64,000 bases of DNA from Candidatus Entotheonellaceae bacterium (GCA_965238075.1 OZ250173.1:1856001-1920000), one strand, 5' to 3'. Shown: positions 1-10,423, counted from the stretch's first letter. Notes: generated by a model not told the origin, from the sequence alone. A program made the numbers and translations.

Positions 1-1114
1 CCGGGCGGCCGATACGCACGCGGCTGATGTCCGACTCCCAGACGTTGGCGGTTACATACAGGCTCTGGGGGTCATGGATGACCAAAATGGGCGGGTCGCT
101 AGGGTCACCCGTCACCATTTCTCCGGGCTCGATCCTGTTGTAACCGACGACGCCGTCGCTCGGACTGCGCAGCACCGTTCTGGACAGCTTTAGGTCGAGG
201 GCTTGCACCCGCGCCTTGGCTTCTTCGTGCCGCGCTTCCAGAACCTTCAGGCGCTGCTGACCCAACTCCGCAAGACGCAACTCGGTGCGCGCCAGACCCA
301 GTGCCGCGCGGTGCTCCTCGACTTGTGCCGCGGCGCCGTGAGTATCTTTTTCGTACACCCGGATCATTTCCGGCGAATCCCCCGACGGGTAGTGCTGCTG
401 CGTCTGCCGCACTTGCTCCTGAGCCACCGACAGTCGTGCCTGCACGCGTTCGAAGGTCATGAGCGCGGCGTCCAGACGTTCCTCCGACACAATCCCCTCC
501 TCAAACAGGCTGCGGGTCCGTCCGAGCGCCATTTCCGTTTCGCGCAGAGCGGCCTCCTGCTCCCGCAGTCGCGCGCGGGCGGCCTCCAGACCGGCCTGCT
601 GTTCGGCTACCATCTTGGCAATGCGGTCGCGCTGCACGTCGAGCAGCACCTGGGCGCGCTGAGTGGCCTGCTGGCTGATTTCCAACGCAGCCGCGGCACG
701 ATCGATCTTGTACCGAGCCTGCTCGATGGCCAGCGGCAGTTCGAGGCGCAATTCCTCCATCTGCTGCGCGATACCCTCGGCAATGGCCTGCGCCTGGCGC
801 AGTTCCGTGAGCACGTCCTCCTGATCCAGACGCACCAACACCTGATCCTTGCTCACTCTGTCGCCCTCGGTAACCAGAACCTCCAGCACTCTGGCGGTCA
901 CCACCGGGGTGATGGCGTAGGAGTCCATTCTGACCTGCGCGTCGTTGGTGTATACATTCACCAAGCGGTCCAGGAGAAGGAATTCCTGCAAGGCCAGGCG
1001 GGAAAACCAGATCGCCCCGATGATCAGGACCACCGCGGCCATGAGCAGATACGGCCGTCCCAGGACACGGCGTATGGCCCGCACCATCGCAAACTGCCGG
1101 CCTCCCGCCCTCAT
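1..1114 (-). CDS. HlyD/EmrA-family membrane fusion (periplasmic adaptor) protein, 3' end beyond window
   Basis: Not in the ORF track because it runs off the edge. Read manually from ATG 1114: an N-terminal TM helix, then YTNDAQVRMDSYAITPVVTARVLEVLVTEGDRVSKDQVLVRLD (lipoyl-like half motif), followed by an Ala/Gln/Glu-rich coiled coil. Confidence 0.8.
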   Translation of the reverse strand, partial: MRAGGRQFAMVRAIRRVLGRPYLLMAAVVLIIGAIWFSRLALQEFLLLDRLVNVYTNDAQVRMDSYAITPVVTARVLEVLVTEGDRVSKDQVLVRLDQEDVLTELRQAQAIAEGIAQQMEELRLELPLAIEQARYKIDRAAAALEISQQATQRAQVLLDVQRDRIAKMVAEQQAGLEAARARLREQEAALRETEMALGRTRSLFEEGIVSEERLDAALMTFERVQARLSVAQEQVRQTQQHYPSGDSPEMIRVYEKDTHGAAAQVEEHRAALGLARTELRLAELGQQRLKVLEARHEEAKARVQALDLKLSRTVLRSPSDGVVGYNRIEPGEMVTGDPSDPPILVIHDPQSLYVTANVWESDISRVRIGRP

Positions 1115-1176
1115 ATCCGTCCCCCTGTCTCGTCCGCTTGGCGACTGCGTCTCGCCATCAGTCCGATACTTCCTTG

Positions 1177-1398
1177 TTAATCCAAACCATGTTCGTCGTC
1201 ATCGTCGATGTCCTCAGGGGTGGCGCGCACCAAGAAATAGACCACCGTAACCAGTCCGGCCACGAAGGCAAGGGCGCCAAACAGCAGGAAGAACATGCCG
1301 CCCAAATGCATGTGCCCACCGTTGGCGTGTACGGGCTGAGAGAATATGAGAAACAGGAAGAGGCCGATGCTGGCACTGATTTTGGCGTCGAGCCCCAC
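1177..1398 (-). CDS. small membrane protein (signal peptide-like, His motif, one TM, acidic tail)
   Basis: 73 aa ORF with a hydrophobic N-terminus ending VHA, then NGGHMH, a TM helix and a DDDDE tail. It is co-oriented with its neighbours. Confidence 0.55.
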   Translation of the reverse strand: MGLDAKISASIGLFLFLIFSQPVHANGGHMHLGGMFFLLFGALAFVAGLVTVVYFLVRATPEDIDDDDEHGLD

Positions 1399-1413
1399 GG
1401 CACCTGCCCCCGG

Positions 1414-1710
1414 CTACACGGCATCTCCGGCAATGTTCTGCGTTTCTCCCTCCTCAGGCGGACCGAACTGGATGAGGTTGCGGAGTCCGATAATGTAGCC
1501 AAAGGCAACAATGTGGGAGAGCAGCGTCAGCAATAAGCCGGCGTAGGTCAGCACCAGGTGGGTCAGCGGCGAGGTGTCCTGCATGCGGATGGTCACGTCG
1601 GTAACCAGTCCCAAAAAAACCAGTACCAACGAGCCCAGCATCAGCAAGACGATAAAGATCACACCGTTCCTCACGACAGGATGGAATTGGAGGCAAGAAG
1701 GCGAACCCAT
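1414..1710 (-). CDS. small two-TM membrane protein
   Basis: 98 aa ORF with two hydrophobic segments. A TTGAAT-N18-TATAGT promoter-like element lies at 1729-1758 on the - strand. Confidence 0.55.
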   Translation of the reverse strand: MGSPSCLQFHPVVRNGVIFIVLLMLGSLVLVFLGLVTDVTIRMQDTSPLTHLVLTYAGLLLTLLSHIVAFGYIIGLRNLIQFGPPEEGETQNIAGDAV

Positions 1711-1837
1711 GATTGCGACGTGTGCGCCACTATATCACGACGGCGAGCGGCTATTCAATCGACAGCGGCGCGCAAAGCCTTGACCTACATTGCGTAATAG
1801 CCCCGCGCAAGGAGTGGGAGGCATTGGGGAAGCAGTT

Positions 1838-3121
1838 TTACAAGGCGGCCAGCTCCCGCGTCTCGTCAGCAAATGCCGCGGGGTCAGTCACCGGACGCCG
1901 CTGCGCGATACGCTCACGGGCAGCCTGCAGAAGGTCAGGCTTGCCGTTGATGAAGAGGGCCGCTTGCAGGAAACCATCGGCGAAGTAGAACTGCGCGAAT
2001 CCGGGCTCCAGGCTCAGGGGGCCGCGCCGCACGCACCGATGACGGACGCTCATATCGCCGATGACATCGATGTGCAGGGCGCCCATGTGGGAGAAGAAAT
2101 AGGGCAGCTCCGTGTAGGCAAGATGGGCGCCTGCCATGTTCGCGCCAGCCGTGCGGCCGTGCTGCAGCGCCACGTCGTAGTGTTCGACGCGCAGATGGCG
2201 CCCCAGGGTCGGACTGTAGTAACGCGCGATGTCACCGGCGGCGTAGATGGCATCCGCCGCCTCAAGGTATTCGTTCACCACCACACCGTTATCGACGCTG
2301 AGCCCGGCAGCAACAGCCAGTTCGGTGTTTGGGGCAATACCCACCCCGATAACCACCACGTCCGCTTCGATATCTTCGCCGCCGTTCGTGACCACCCGCT
2401 CGACACGGCCCTGCGCGCCGACGAATTGCGCCGCTGCCGTATCGGTGCGCAGCGTGACGCCCTGTTGGCTCAGGAACGACGTGATGAAGGCGCTGGTTTC
2501 GGCGTCGAGCACCAGACTCAACGGCGCCGGGGTGACTTCGATCAGGGTCGTCTGCAAACCCGATTGGGCGAACGCAGTTGCGACCTCGCAACCAATAAAA
2601 CCGCCGCCTACCACGACCGCCCGCCGCGCGTTGGCCATGGCGGCTCGCAAGGCGTCAGAATCCTCAAGGGTGCGAAGGTAATAGATGCCGTCCAGGTCGG
2701 CACCCGTTATCGACAACCGGCGCGGACGCCCTCCGGTGGCCAGCAACAGCTTCTCAAACCCCACCTCGCTGCCATCGTCGAGCGTGACGGTGCGCGTGCT
2801 CACGTCCGCCGCCGTCGCCGACTGCCCCAGAAATTGTTCCACCCGGTGGCGCTCGTAGAATCGCGGCCGGCGGAGGAACACGTCCTCTCGCTCCATACGG
2901 CCCAGCAAGTAATCCTTCGATAACGGCACACGATCATAGGGCAGGTGGACCTCGGCACCGATCAACACCAAACGCCCCGTCTTGTCGCGGCGGCGAATGG
3001 CGTCAATGGCCGCGGTGGCTGCCAAGCCGCCGCCGATGATGACGTACGGAATCCGTTCCACAGGGACGTTCCTTTGCACTGGAGTGTTGGAATCGCTCGA
3101 TACGAGGTGAGCCTGTACCAT
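1838..3121 (-). CDS. FAD/NAD(P)-dependent ferredoxin reductase-like oxidoreductase
   Basis: Motifs IIGGGLAA, PYDRVPLSK, LLATG, VVGGGFIGCE, IYAAGD and PYFFS. The true start may be GTG 3061. Confidence 0.9.
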   Translation of the reverse strand: MVQAHLVSSDSNTPVQRNVPVERIPYVIIGGGLAATAAIDAIRRRDKTGRLVLIGAEVHLPYDRVPLSKDYLLGRMEREDVFLRRPRFYERHRVEQFLGQSATAADVSTRTVTLDDGSEVGFEKLLLATGGRPRRLSITGADLDGIYYLRTLEDSDALRAAMANARRAVVVGGGFIGCEVATAFAQSGLQTTLIEVTPAPLSLVLDAETSAFITSFLSQQGVTLRTDTAAAQFVGAQGRVERVVTNGGEDIEADVVVIGVGIAPNTELAVAAGLSVDNGVVVNEYLEAADAIYAAGDIARYYSPTLGRHLRVEHYDVALQHGRTAGANMAGAHLAYTELPYFFSHMGALHIDVIGDMSVRHRCVRRGPLSLEPGFAQFYFADGFLQAALFINGKPDLLQAARERIAQRRPVTDPAAFADETRELAAL

Positions 3122-3575
3122 ACGCAGCAGGCCGAAAACGTGTCAATATCACCCCTGCAAATTCGTCCGTTCAGGTCTGTCTGGACATGCTAGCCGGGAT
3201 AGGCTAGAGTGCGCCGCACAAACATGGCGGGTCTCCGTCTGTCCTACATGCCCAGTATTGAGCCAACGCCATAACGGTCTTACCTTACAGCCACTTCAAA
3301 ATAGATGTTTATGGCTGGCCAGAAATCCCGCCATGTAGGTCGTCTACCATGATAGATTCATGTTCATGGATGAAGAACTGTAAACTCATGTTGCAATTGG
3401 ATGTCCACAACCAGATTACTGATGAATACTGATCAGATAATTGAGGCCCAATAAGACGTAGCTCCATATTTGTTGTGTCCCCCTTGTTGTACGTAGTCCC
3501 GTGAAACCCTCACAATACCTGGAACTTTCGTGCAGAATTTGCTCATTTTGTCATTCACGAAGGTTTTTCTCAATC

Positions 3576-3584
3576 TGTGGAAAA
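3576..3584 (-). promoter_or_regulatory. consensus DnaA box upstream of dnaA
   Basis: TGTGGAAAA is TTTTCCACA (TTWTNCACA) on the - strand, about 35 bp upstream of the putative dnaA -35. Confidence 0.55.
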
Positions 3585-3619
3585 GCTCAGAGTCATAACG
3601 TGCCGCCTTGGGATGGTTA

Positions 3620-3648
3620 TTGACAAAATGTCTCTGTCGGAATATACA
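3620..3648 (+). promoter_or_regulatory. putative sigma70 promoter of dnaA-minCDE
   Basis: TTGACA-N17-TATACA. Confidence 0.5.
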
Positions 3649-3700
3649 GGCGTGTTTCGTACCTGCACGGGAAGGAAGGCGACTGTATAGGGGTATCACG

Positions 3701-5092
3701 TTGAGCGAGAAGCTATTGGCCGAGAACGAAGCGGGCCATATAGACAGGCGTCGTAATGATGACGCGGAAATAATCTGGCTCAAGGTGCTGCAAATTGTTC
3801 GCGAGCATGTGGACGATACCAAATTCAGCACTTGGTTCAAGCCACTTTACCTGCTCTCGGGCTCAAGCGGCATGTTGCGTGTGGCAGCCCCCAATAAATT
3901 CGTTCGCGACTGGGTTCTTGAGCACTACCACGGTCTGCTCGTTGACTTGTTGCAGCAGATCACTGGTATTCCCTACCAGATTTTTATCGTTGTGGGCGAA
4001 CCAAAGGCCGAGCCTACCCCGCAACCAGAGCCGGCGGCCGAGGTGGTCATGCCACCCAGCGCCAGCAGCGGATACACACAATTCAATTCCCGCTTTACCT
4101 TTGAAACGTTTGTCGTCGGCTCAAGCAATCAGTTTACGCAAGCCGCTTGCCTTGCGGTGTCGCGGCATCCGGCGGGCACGTACAATCCCCTCTTCATATA
4201 CGGCGACGTTGGCTTGGGCAAAACCCACTTGCTGCACGCCATTGGCCACTACGTTCAACAGCACCACCCGCATTTAGTGACCTGCTACGTTTCATCCGAA
4301 AAATTCCTCAATGATCTCGTCGGTGCACTAAGCCATGACAAGATGGAGGATTTCCGTAATCGTTACCGCAGAAACGATGTGATCCTCGTTGATGACGTGC
4401 AGTTTCTCATCGGCAAGGAGCGCACCCAGGAAGAATTTTTTCACACCTTCAACGTGCTGTTCAACGCCAACAAGCAGATCGTGCTGACCAGCGACAAACT
4501 GCCGAAGGCCATGACGGGACTGGAAAAACGTCTGCAGTCACGCTTCGAGTGGGGTCTGGTAACCGATTTGCAGCCGCCGGACCTGGAGACCAAGATCGCC
4601 ATCCTCAAGAGGAAGGCGGAGTACCGACAGTTCGAGTTGCCCGATGACGTGGTGTTGTATATCGCCCGTCTGATTCGCAGCGATGCGCGCAGGCTCGAGG
4701 GCGCGCTCACCACGGTGGAAGCGTTCGCCTCCATAACCGGGCAGGAGATCACCCTCGGACTAGCCAAGAGCTTGCTCGGCGACTTGGCAGAGGGAGAAGA
4801 CAAACCGATCACGATCGCTGAAATCGAGCGCGTCGTCGCGGATCACTATCACATCAAGACTGCCTTACTACGCTCAAAAAGGCGCCACAAGGACATCGCG
4901 CACGCCCGACATGTTGCCATGTACCTGACACGTCAACTGACCGGCGCATCGCTACCGCACATCGGCAAGACGTATGGCGACCGCGATCACACCTCTGTCA
5001 TACACGCCTGTAATAAAATAAAAGGGATGCTAAAGGAAAACTGGAATTTTCAGGAGGAAGTCGAGCAACTCATTCGCGTGCTCCAGAGTTAG
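3701..5092 (+). CDS. dnaA: chromosomal replication initiator DnaA, full length (domains I-IV)
   Basis: Domain I W...FSTWFKPL...APNKFVRDW; FTFETFVVGSSN; YNPLFIYGDVGLGKTHL; VDDVQF; LQSRFEWG; domain IV RHVAMYL...RDHTSV. The start is uncertain (TTG 3701 chosen). Confidence 0.95.
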   Translation: MSEKLLAENEAGHIDRRRNDDAEIIWLKVLQIVREHVDDTKFSTWFKPLYLLSGSSGMLRVAAPNKFVRDWVLEHYHGLLVDLLQQITGIPYQIFIVVGEPKAEPTPQPEPAAEVVMPPSASSGYTQFNSRFTFETFVVGSSNQFTQAACLAVSRHPAGTYNPLFIYGDVGLGKTHLLHAIGHYVQQHHPHLVTCYVSSEKFLNDLVGALSHDKMEDFRNRYRRNDVILVDDVQFLIGKERTQEEFFHTFNVLFNANKQIVLTSDKLPKAMTGLEKRLQSRFEWGLVTDLQPPDLETKIAILKRKAEYRQFELPDDVVLYIARLIRSDARRLEGALTTVEAFASITGQEITLGLAKSLLGDLAEGEDKPITIAEIERVVADHYHIKTALLRSKRRHKDIAHARHVAMYLTRQLTGASLPHIGKTYGDRDHTSVIHACNKIKGMLKENWNFQEEVEQLIRVLQS

Positions 5093-5117
5093 GGTAAGGG
5101 GGTCACGACAAGCAGAC

Positions 5118-5798
5118 ATGTTGAAATCACGAATCAGATTTACGGGCGTGGATTACGGTCTGCTGGTGTGCATGGACTGGGAGGTGCCCCTGTCACAGCT
5201 TCTGGTCGAGGTGGAGGAACACATCCAGAAATCGCCCGCCTTTTTTGCCGATGCAAAAGTATTTCTTGAGGTAGACACGCGGCCAGTTCTACAACACGAA
5301 ATGGAACAACTCGGTGTGGTGCTCGCGCGCTACGGGCTTACATTACAGGGCGTCGTTTCCGCTGCCAGTAGGGTCGAGGGCATCAGCCGGCCCCGGCCCG
5401 CGCCGGAACAACCCAAGGTGATTACGCCGATCATTAACGAAAAAGAGGCCACGGTGGTTGAACACCGCACCGTGCGTTCCGGCGAGAAGGTTGCCTCCGA
5501 AGGCCATCTTATCATCATGGGCGATGTCAACCCTGGGGCCGAGGTCATCGCCGAAAATAACATCATCGTTTGGGGTTCCCTCAAGGGTACGGCCTACGCC
5601 GGCGTGCCCAATCACGAGGACGCCGTGATTGCCGCGCTGCATCTCTCTCCCATTCAATTGCGAATCGCCGGATACATTGCCCGGTCGCCTGATGTGCGAC
5701 CGGTGACGACGGCGGTTCCCGAGTTGGCACGCATCGACCAGAACGAAATCGTGGTCGAATCCTGGGAGCGAGGCCGAGTCTCTCAAAAAGGGGGATAG
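5118..5798 (+). CDS. minC: septum site-determining protein MinC
   Basis: RTVRSGE..GHLIIMGDVNPGAEVIAENNIIVWGSLKG beta-helix. It lies directly upstream of minD. Confidence 0.92.
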   Translation: MLKSRIRFTGVDYGLLVCMDWEVPLSQLLVEVEEHIQKSPAFFADAKVFLEVDTRPVLQHEMEQLGVVLARYGLTLQGVVSAASRVEGISRPRPAPEQPKVITPIINEKEATVVEHRTVRSGEKVASEGHLIIMGDVNPGAEVIAENNIIVWGSLKGTAYAGVPNHEDAVIAALHLSPIQLRIAGYIARSPDVRPVTTAVPELARIDQNEIVVESWERGRVSQKGG

Positions 5799-5801
5799 TC
5801 T

Positions 5802-6602
5802 GTGGCGGGACAAGTTATCACCATAACTTCCGGCAAGGGAGGGGTTGGCAAAACCACTCTGAGTGCCAACGTCAGCGCAGCGCTTGCCAAGCTCGGCAAA
5901 AAGACGATCGCGGTGGATACGGATGTGGGGCTGCGTAATCTGGACATCGTCATGGGCTTGGAAAATCGCATCGTCTTCGACCTGGTCGACGTGGTGGAGG
6001 GGCGTTGCGACCTTTCAAAGGCCTGTATCCGCGACAGGCGCATCCCCTCTCTACAGTTGCTACCGGCAGCCCAAACACGTGACAAGACTGCGGTGAGCCC
6101 AAATGCTATGCGCAAGGTTTGCGACGATCTGCGGTCGCTTTGCGACTACGTCATCATTGACTCGCCAGCGGGTATCGAAAACGGTTTCGAAACAGCCACT
6201 ATCGGTGCTGATAACGTCATCATCGTCGTGACGCCGCACGTCTCATCGGTCCGTGATGCCGACCGCGTCATTGGCTTGCTGGAGTCGCGCGACAAACACG
6301 ATATTCACCTCGTGATCAACCGTCTGCAGCCGGAAATGGTGCGCCGCGGCGACATGCTCGGCATCAACGACATAATAGAAATTCTGGCAGTCGACCTCTT
6401 GGGCATCGTTCCTGAGGACGAATACATCGTTGTGTCCAGCAACCGCGGTGAGCTGGCCACCCTGAACCCCGACGAGTCGCCAGCCGGTCAGGAGTATCAG
6501 AACATCGCACGGCGCATGCAGGGTGAGGAAGTGCCGTTTATGACGATCGACGACAAGGCGAATATGTTTCAACGGCTGTTTCGTATGTTCAAAAGCAAAT
6601 AA
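5802..6602 (+). CDS. minD: septum site-determining ATPase MinD
   Basis: SGKGGVGKTT, DVGLRNLD, DSPAGIE, and a C-terminal amphipathic helix MFQRLFRMF. Confidence 0.96.
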   Translation: MAGQVITITSGKGGVGKTTLSANVSAALAKLGKKTIAVDTDVGLRNLDIVMGLENRIVFDLVDVVEGRCDLSKACIRDRRIPSLQLLPAAQTRDKTAVSPNAMRKVCDDLRSLCDYVIIDSPAGIENGFETATIGADNVIIVVTPHVSSVRDADRVIGLLESRDKHDIHLVINRLQPEMVRRGDMLGINDIIEILAVDLLGIVPEDEYIVVSSNRGELATLNPDESPAGQEYQNIARRMQGEEVPFMTIDDKANMFQRLFRMFKSK

Positions 6603-6640
6603 CCCGCCACCCCGGATACCTCCTGCAAAGGGGCTCCCCC

Positions 6641-6988
6641 GTGAAGAAACTCATCAGCAAAATCTTTGGATTCGGCCTGTCGGAGGACGATGCTCCCCAC
6701 CCAAGCAGACAGGCAGCGCGAGAGCGTTTGAAATTGGCTTTGACATACGACCGCGCGAGCATCGGTTACAACGCCCTGGAACGACTGCGTGACGAAATCA
6801 TCCAGGTAATTGCCAAACACCTGGACCTCGACCAGGAAGACATTACCATCCAACTCGACCGCACCATGGATCAGGACAAGCTGATCGCCAGCATTCCACT
6901 GCGCATCAACACTCGATCACACGGTTCAAAATCACCCGTCACCATGAAGGCCATGCCGCGCCCTTCCACGCGGCGGCGCCGGCGTTAG
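6641..6988 (+). CDS. minE: cell division topological specificity factor MinE
   Basis: SRQAARERLKLALTYDR...LRDEIIQVIAKHL...LIASIP. It follows minD. Confidence 0.9.
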   Translation: MKKLISKIFGFGLSEDDAPHPSRQAARERLKLALTYDRASIGYNALERLRDEIIQVIAKHLDLDQEDITIQLDRTMDQDKLIASIPLRINTRSHGSKSPVTMKAMPRPSTRRRRR

Positions 6989-7020
6989 GGTCAACCCGCC
7001 AAAATAATTTTACCCGCCCA

Positions 7021-7051
7021 TTGACACATGCCAATTTGAGCAGTATGCTCA
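7021..7051 (+). promoter_or_regulatory. lexA promoter with overlapping palindromic operator
   Basis: TTGACA(7021)-N17-TATGCT(7044). A perfect inverted repeat TGAGCA-gta-TGCTCA (7037-7051) covers the -10. Confidence 0.7.
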
Positions 7052-7151
7052 TTTGTGCACTATCTGCCTGATTGGCAGGTATGTCTCTGCAGCATACGGG
7101 GAAAAGGAACCTCCCCAATTCCTCATGGCAATGTCAACATCGGGGCGGATT

Positions 7152-7778
7152 ATGAGACCAAAGCTCACCGCGAGACAGCAGGAAATGCTCGATTACATCG
7201 AGCGCGAAACCAGTGCAACCGGTGTTCCCCCCAGCATCCGACAAATCGGCGCGGCATTGGGCATCAGTTCCACAAACGGCGTCCGACTGCATCTGCAAGC
7301 ACTCCAGAAGAAAGGCTACATCCGTCGTAGCCAACGCACCTCTAGAGGCATCGTCAGCCTCAACCGCCTTTCAAATGCGGCTTCTCCATCCTGTTCGACA
7401 ACCGTGGATATCCCCATTTTGGGACGGGTAGCAGCAGGCATGCCCGTCATGGCCGCCGAAAACCACGAGGGCTCCCTAACCCTCGATGCAAACCTGATCA
7501 AGAACCAGGAATCGTTCGCCCTGAGGGTGAACGGCGACAGTATGATCAACGCCGGAATTCTCGACGGCGACATTGTGGTGGTGCGTTTACAACAAGGTGC
7601 GGACAACGGCGACATTGTGGTTGCGCTCATGGGCGAAGAGGCCACCGTCAAGCGTTTTTATCGAGAGAAGGACACCATTCGCCTGCAGCCGGAAAATCCC
7701 GCCATGGCACCCATTTACAGCACCGACGTAGACATCTGCGGCAAGGTCATTGCCCTCATACGGCCCCACGTGTTCTAA
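7152..7778 (+). CDS. lexA: SOS repressor LexA
   Basis: LTARQ..PPSIRQIG winged HTH, VAAG (Ala-Gly cleavage site), GDSM (Ser) and TVKR (Lys). Confidence 0.95.
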   Translation: MRPKLTARQQEMLDYIERETSATGVPPSIRQIGAALGISSTNGVRLHLQALQKKGYIRRSQRTSRGIVSLNRLSNAASPSCSTTVDIPILGRVAAGMPVMAAENHEGSLTLDANLIKNQESFALRVNGDSMINAGILDGDIVVVRLQQGADNGDIVVALMGEEATVKRFYREKDTIRLQPENPAMAPIYSTDVDICGKVIALIRPHVF

Positions 7779-7793
7779 CGCGAGATGCGGATC

Positions 7794-9269
7794 ATGAGCA
7801 AGAAAAAGCGTGCATACAACTGTCAGGCGTGCGGTTGGCAAGCGGCCAGGTGGCTCGGACACTGCCCGGATTGCGGCGGTTGGGACACCTTTGTCGAAAC
7901 GCTGCAGATGTCGACCCCAGCGACGCGCCAGACGCAGCCAGGGACAACCCAGTCACCGCTGCCGCTAACGGAAATCGTCCACGACGACGCGGAGCGTTTG
8001 CTGACGGGCATTGGGGAATTCGACCGCGCGCTCGGCGGAGGTATCGTACGCGGATCTCTCGTGCTCATCGGCGGCGACCCGGGCATCGGCAAGTCGACCC
8101 TGCTTTTGCAAGCCGCCCGCGGTCTGAGCCGGGCTCACAAGGGCAACAGTTCCGCGGTCCTCTACGTCTCGGGCGAAGAATCGGCCAGCCAACTCCGCAT
8201 GCACGCCGAGCGGCTCGGCTTGCAGAATCAGAACATCCACATTCTGACCGAAACTTCCGTGACGCATATCTGCGCTCAGGCTGAAGCGCTGCGACCGGAC
8301 GTTCTGATTATCGACTCCATCCAGACCGTGTTCACGGAAAATTCGACCTCGGCACCAGGCAGCGTCAATCAAGTGCGCGAGAGCACCGCCCAACTGATGA
8401 ACCTCGCCAAGACACATGACCTGCCGATTTTAATCATCGGACACGTTACCAAAGAGGGCACCATTGCCGGCCCTCGGGTCATGGAGCACATGGTGGACAC
8501 CGTGCTCTACTTCGAGGGTGAACGGCACCACGTCTACCGCGTGTTGCGGGCGGTCAAGAACCGCTTCGGCCCGACGCACGAAATTGGCGTGTTCGAAATG
8601 CAATCAGCGGGCCTCATGGAAGTGGAAAGTCCGTCGGAACTCTTTCTGGCCGAACGGCCGTCACAAGCCAGCGGTTCGGTGGTGGTGGCGAGTCTGGAGG
8701 GCACCCGCCCGCTCCTCGTCGAGCTGCAGGCCCTGGGCAGTCCGAATGTCTTCGGCAACCCGCGGCGCGTTGCCAACGGCGTGGATTACCAGCGGCTCCT
8801 GCTCCTGCTGGCGGTTATGGAGAAGCGCCTGGGACTTCCCCTGCAAATAAACGATGTGTACGTCAATGTCGTTGGCGGCCTCAGCTTGAACGAGCCAGCC
8901 ATCGACCTCGGAGTCGTAGTAGCGGTTGCGTCGAGCTTGCAGGACGCGGTAATCGATGCCGATCTGGTCGTCCTGGGCGAGATTGGCTTAACAGGAGAAG
9001 TACGCGCCGTGGGGCATGTGGAAGCCCGCTTGCGGGAAGCGGCCAAACTCGGCTTTCGCCGCTGCCTGATTCCGCAGGCGAATGTTCAAGCCGCTTCGAT
9101 GGTGGCTGGAATTGAAAGCATCGGGATTCGGACGGTCTCGGAGGCACTGCAAATAGTACTGCCGCCGGAGCCATCTTTCAGCAGTCTGAAGGAACGCGAT
9201 AGACACGTGGTTGCTTCGGCACCATTTCGGAGAAGGGGAGGAAAAAAACATGACGAAACATACGCCTGA
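7794..9269 (+). CDS. radA: DNA repair protein RadA/Sms
   Basis: C4 zinc finger [24 protein letters not shown] motif and a Lon-like C-terminus. The 3' end overlaps the recA start. Confidence 0.96.
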   Translation: MSKKKRAYNCQACGWQAARWLGHCPDCGGWDTFVETLQMSTPATRQTQPGTTQSPLPLTEIVHDDAERLLTGIGEFDRALGGGIVRGSLVLIGGDPGIGKSTLLLQAARGLSRAHKGNSSAVLYVSGEESASQLRMHAERLGLQNQNIHILTETSVTHICAQAEALRPDVLIIDSIQTVFTENSTSAPGSVNQVRESTAQLMNLAKTHDLPILIIGHVTKEGTIAGPRVMEHMVDTVLYFEGERHHVYRVLRAVKNRFGPTHEIGVFEMQSAGLMEVESPSELFLAERPSQASGSVVVASLEGTRPLLVELQALGSPNVFGNPRRVANGVDYQRLLLLLAVMEKRLGLPLQINDVYVNVVGGLSLNEPAIDLGVVVAVASSLQDAVIDADLVVLGEIGLTGEVRAVGHVEARLREAAKLGFRRCLIPQANVQAASMVAGIESIGIRTVSEALQIVLPPEPSFSSLKERDRHVVASAPFRRRGGKKHDETYA

Positions 9270-10368
9270 TCGGCAAAGCGAGAAACAACGTGTCCTGAGC
9301 CTGGCTTTCAGCCAGATCGAAAAACAGTTCGGCAAGGGTGCCATCATGCGCCTCGGCGAGAGCCAAGCCCTGGATATTCCGGTCATTCCCACCGGTTCCC
9401 TGGCCTTGGACATTGCCTTGGGGGTTGGCGGCCTGCCACGCGGCCGTATCATTGAGATCTACGGGCCCGAAGCCTCCGGCAAAACCACTCTGGCCCTGCA
9501 CGTCGTAGCGTCAGCACAGCGCAGCGGTGGCGAGGCGGCGTTCATCGACGCCGAACACGCCCTTGATCCCTCCTACGCGGGCAAAGTGGGTGTCAACACG
9601 GACAATTTACTCATCTCACAGCCCGACAGTGGTGAGCAGGCATTGGAGATTGCCGACGTCCTGGTCCGAAGTGGGGCTTTGGATGTCGTCGTTATCGACT
9701 CAGTGGCAGCCCTCGTGCCCCAAGCCGAGATCGACGGCGATATGGGCGAACCCCAGATGGGCCTGCAAGCGCGTCTGATGTCGCAGGCCATGCGCAAGCT
9801 CACCGGCATCATCCACAAAACGAAGACCTGCATGATCTTCGTCAACCAGATCCGCCAAAAGATTGGTGTTTTCTTTGGCAGCCCGGAGACGACGACCGGC
9901 GGCAATGCCCTGAAGTTCTATGCTTCCGTCCGTCTCGATATCCGCCGCATCGACTCGATCAAATCCGGCCAAGAAGTCCTCGGAAACCGTACTCGGGTCA
10001 AGATCGTCAAAAACAAGGTGGCCCCGCCCTTCCGGCAGGCCGAGTTTGACGTGCTGTACGGTACGGGAATTTGCGCGATCGGAGAATTACTTGACTTGGC
10101 GGTACAGCGTGACATGGTGCAGAAAAGCGGTTCCTGGTTCTCCTACGCCGGCGAGCGTATTGGCCAGGGGAGAGAGAACGCCAAGGGTTTCCTGGAGGAA
10201 CACGCCGATGTGGCCACGGCCATCGAAGCGCGGATACGTGCAGCCTACGACATTCCGCAGGTAGCCAGCGAAAAGCTTGCCGCTGCCGCCGAGGCCGCCA
10301 GCACCGGAGAGGATCTGTATGAGCCTGCTTCCGTGGAAGAGGACGGCGATCGACTGGAAATCAGTTGA
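9250..10368 (+). CDS. recA: recombinase RecA
   Basis: [25 protein letters not shown] and [22 protein letters not shown]. Confidence 0.98.
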   Translation: MTKHTPDRQSEKQRVLSLAFSQIEKQFGKGAIMRLGESQALDIPVIPTGSLALDIALGVGGLPRGRIIEIYGPEASGKTTLALHVVASAQRSGGEAAFIDAEHALDPSYAGKVGVNTDNLLISQPDSGEQALEIADVLVRSGALDVVVIDSVAALVPQAEIDGDMGEPQMGLQARLMSQAMRKLTGIIHKTKTCMIFVNQIRQKIGVFFGSPETTTGGNALKFYASVRLDIRRIDSIKSGQEVLGNRTRVKIVKNKVAPPFRQAEFDVLYGTGICAIGELLDLAVQRDMVQKSGSWFSYAGERIGQGRENAKGFLEEHADVATAIEARIRAAYDIPQVASEKLAAAAEAASTGEDLYEPASVEEDGDRLEIS

Positions 10369-10423
10369 ATGCGCCCCAGGGCGCTGACGATAGGCAATCT
10401 CGATGGGAAGGAGCAGCGCGGTC

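Noticed and set aside
203-1180. 325 aa plus-strand ORF
   Set aside because: It is the antisense shadow of the minus-strand HlyD gene and has no recognisable motifs.
3528-3549. LexA-box-like half site TGCTCATTT upstream of dnaA
   Set aside because: The other half site matches only 3/6, which is too weak.
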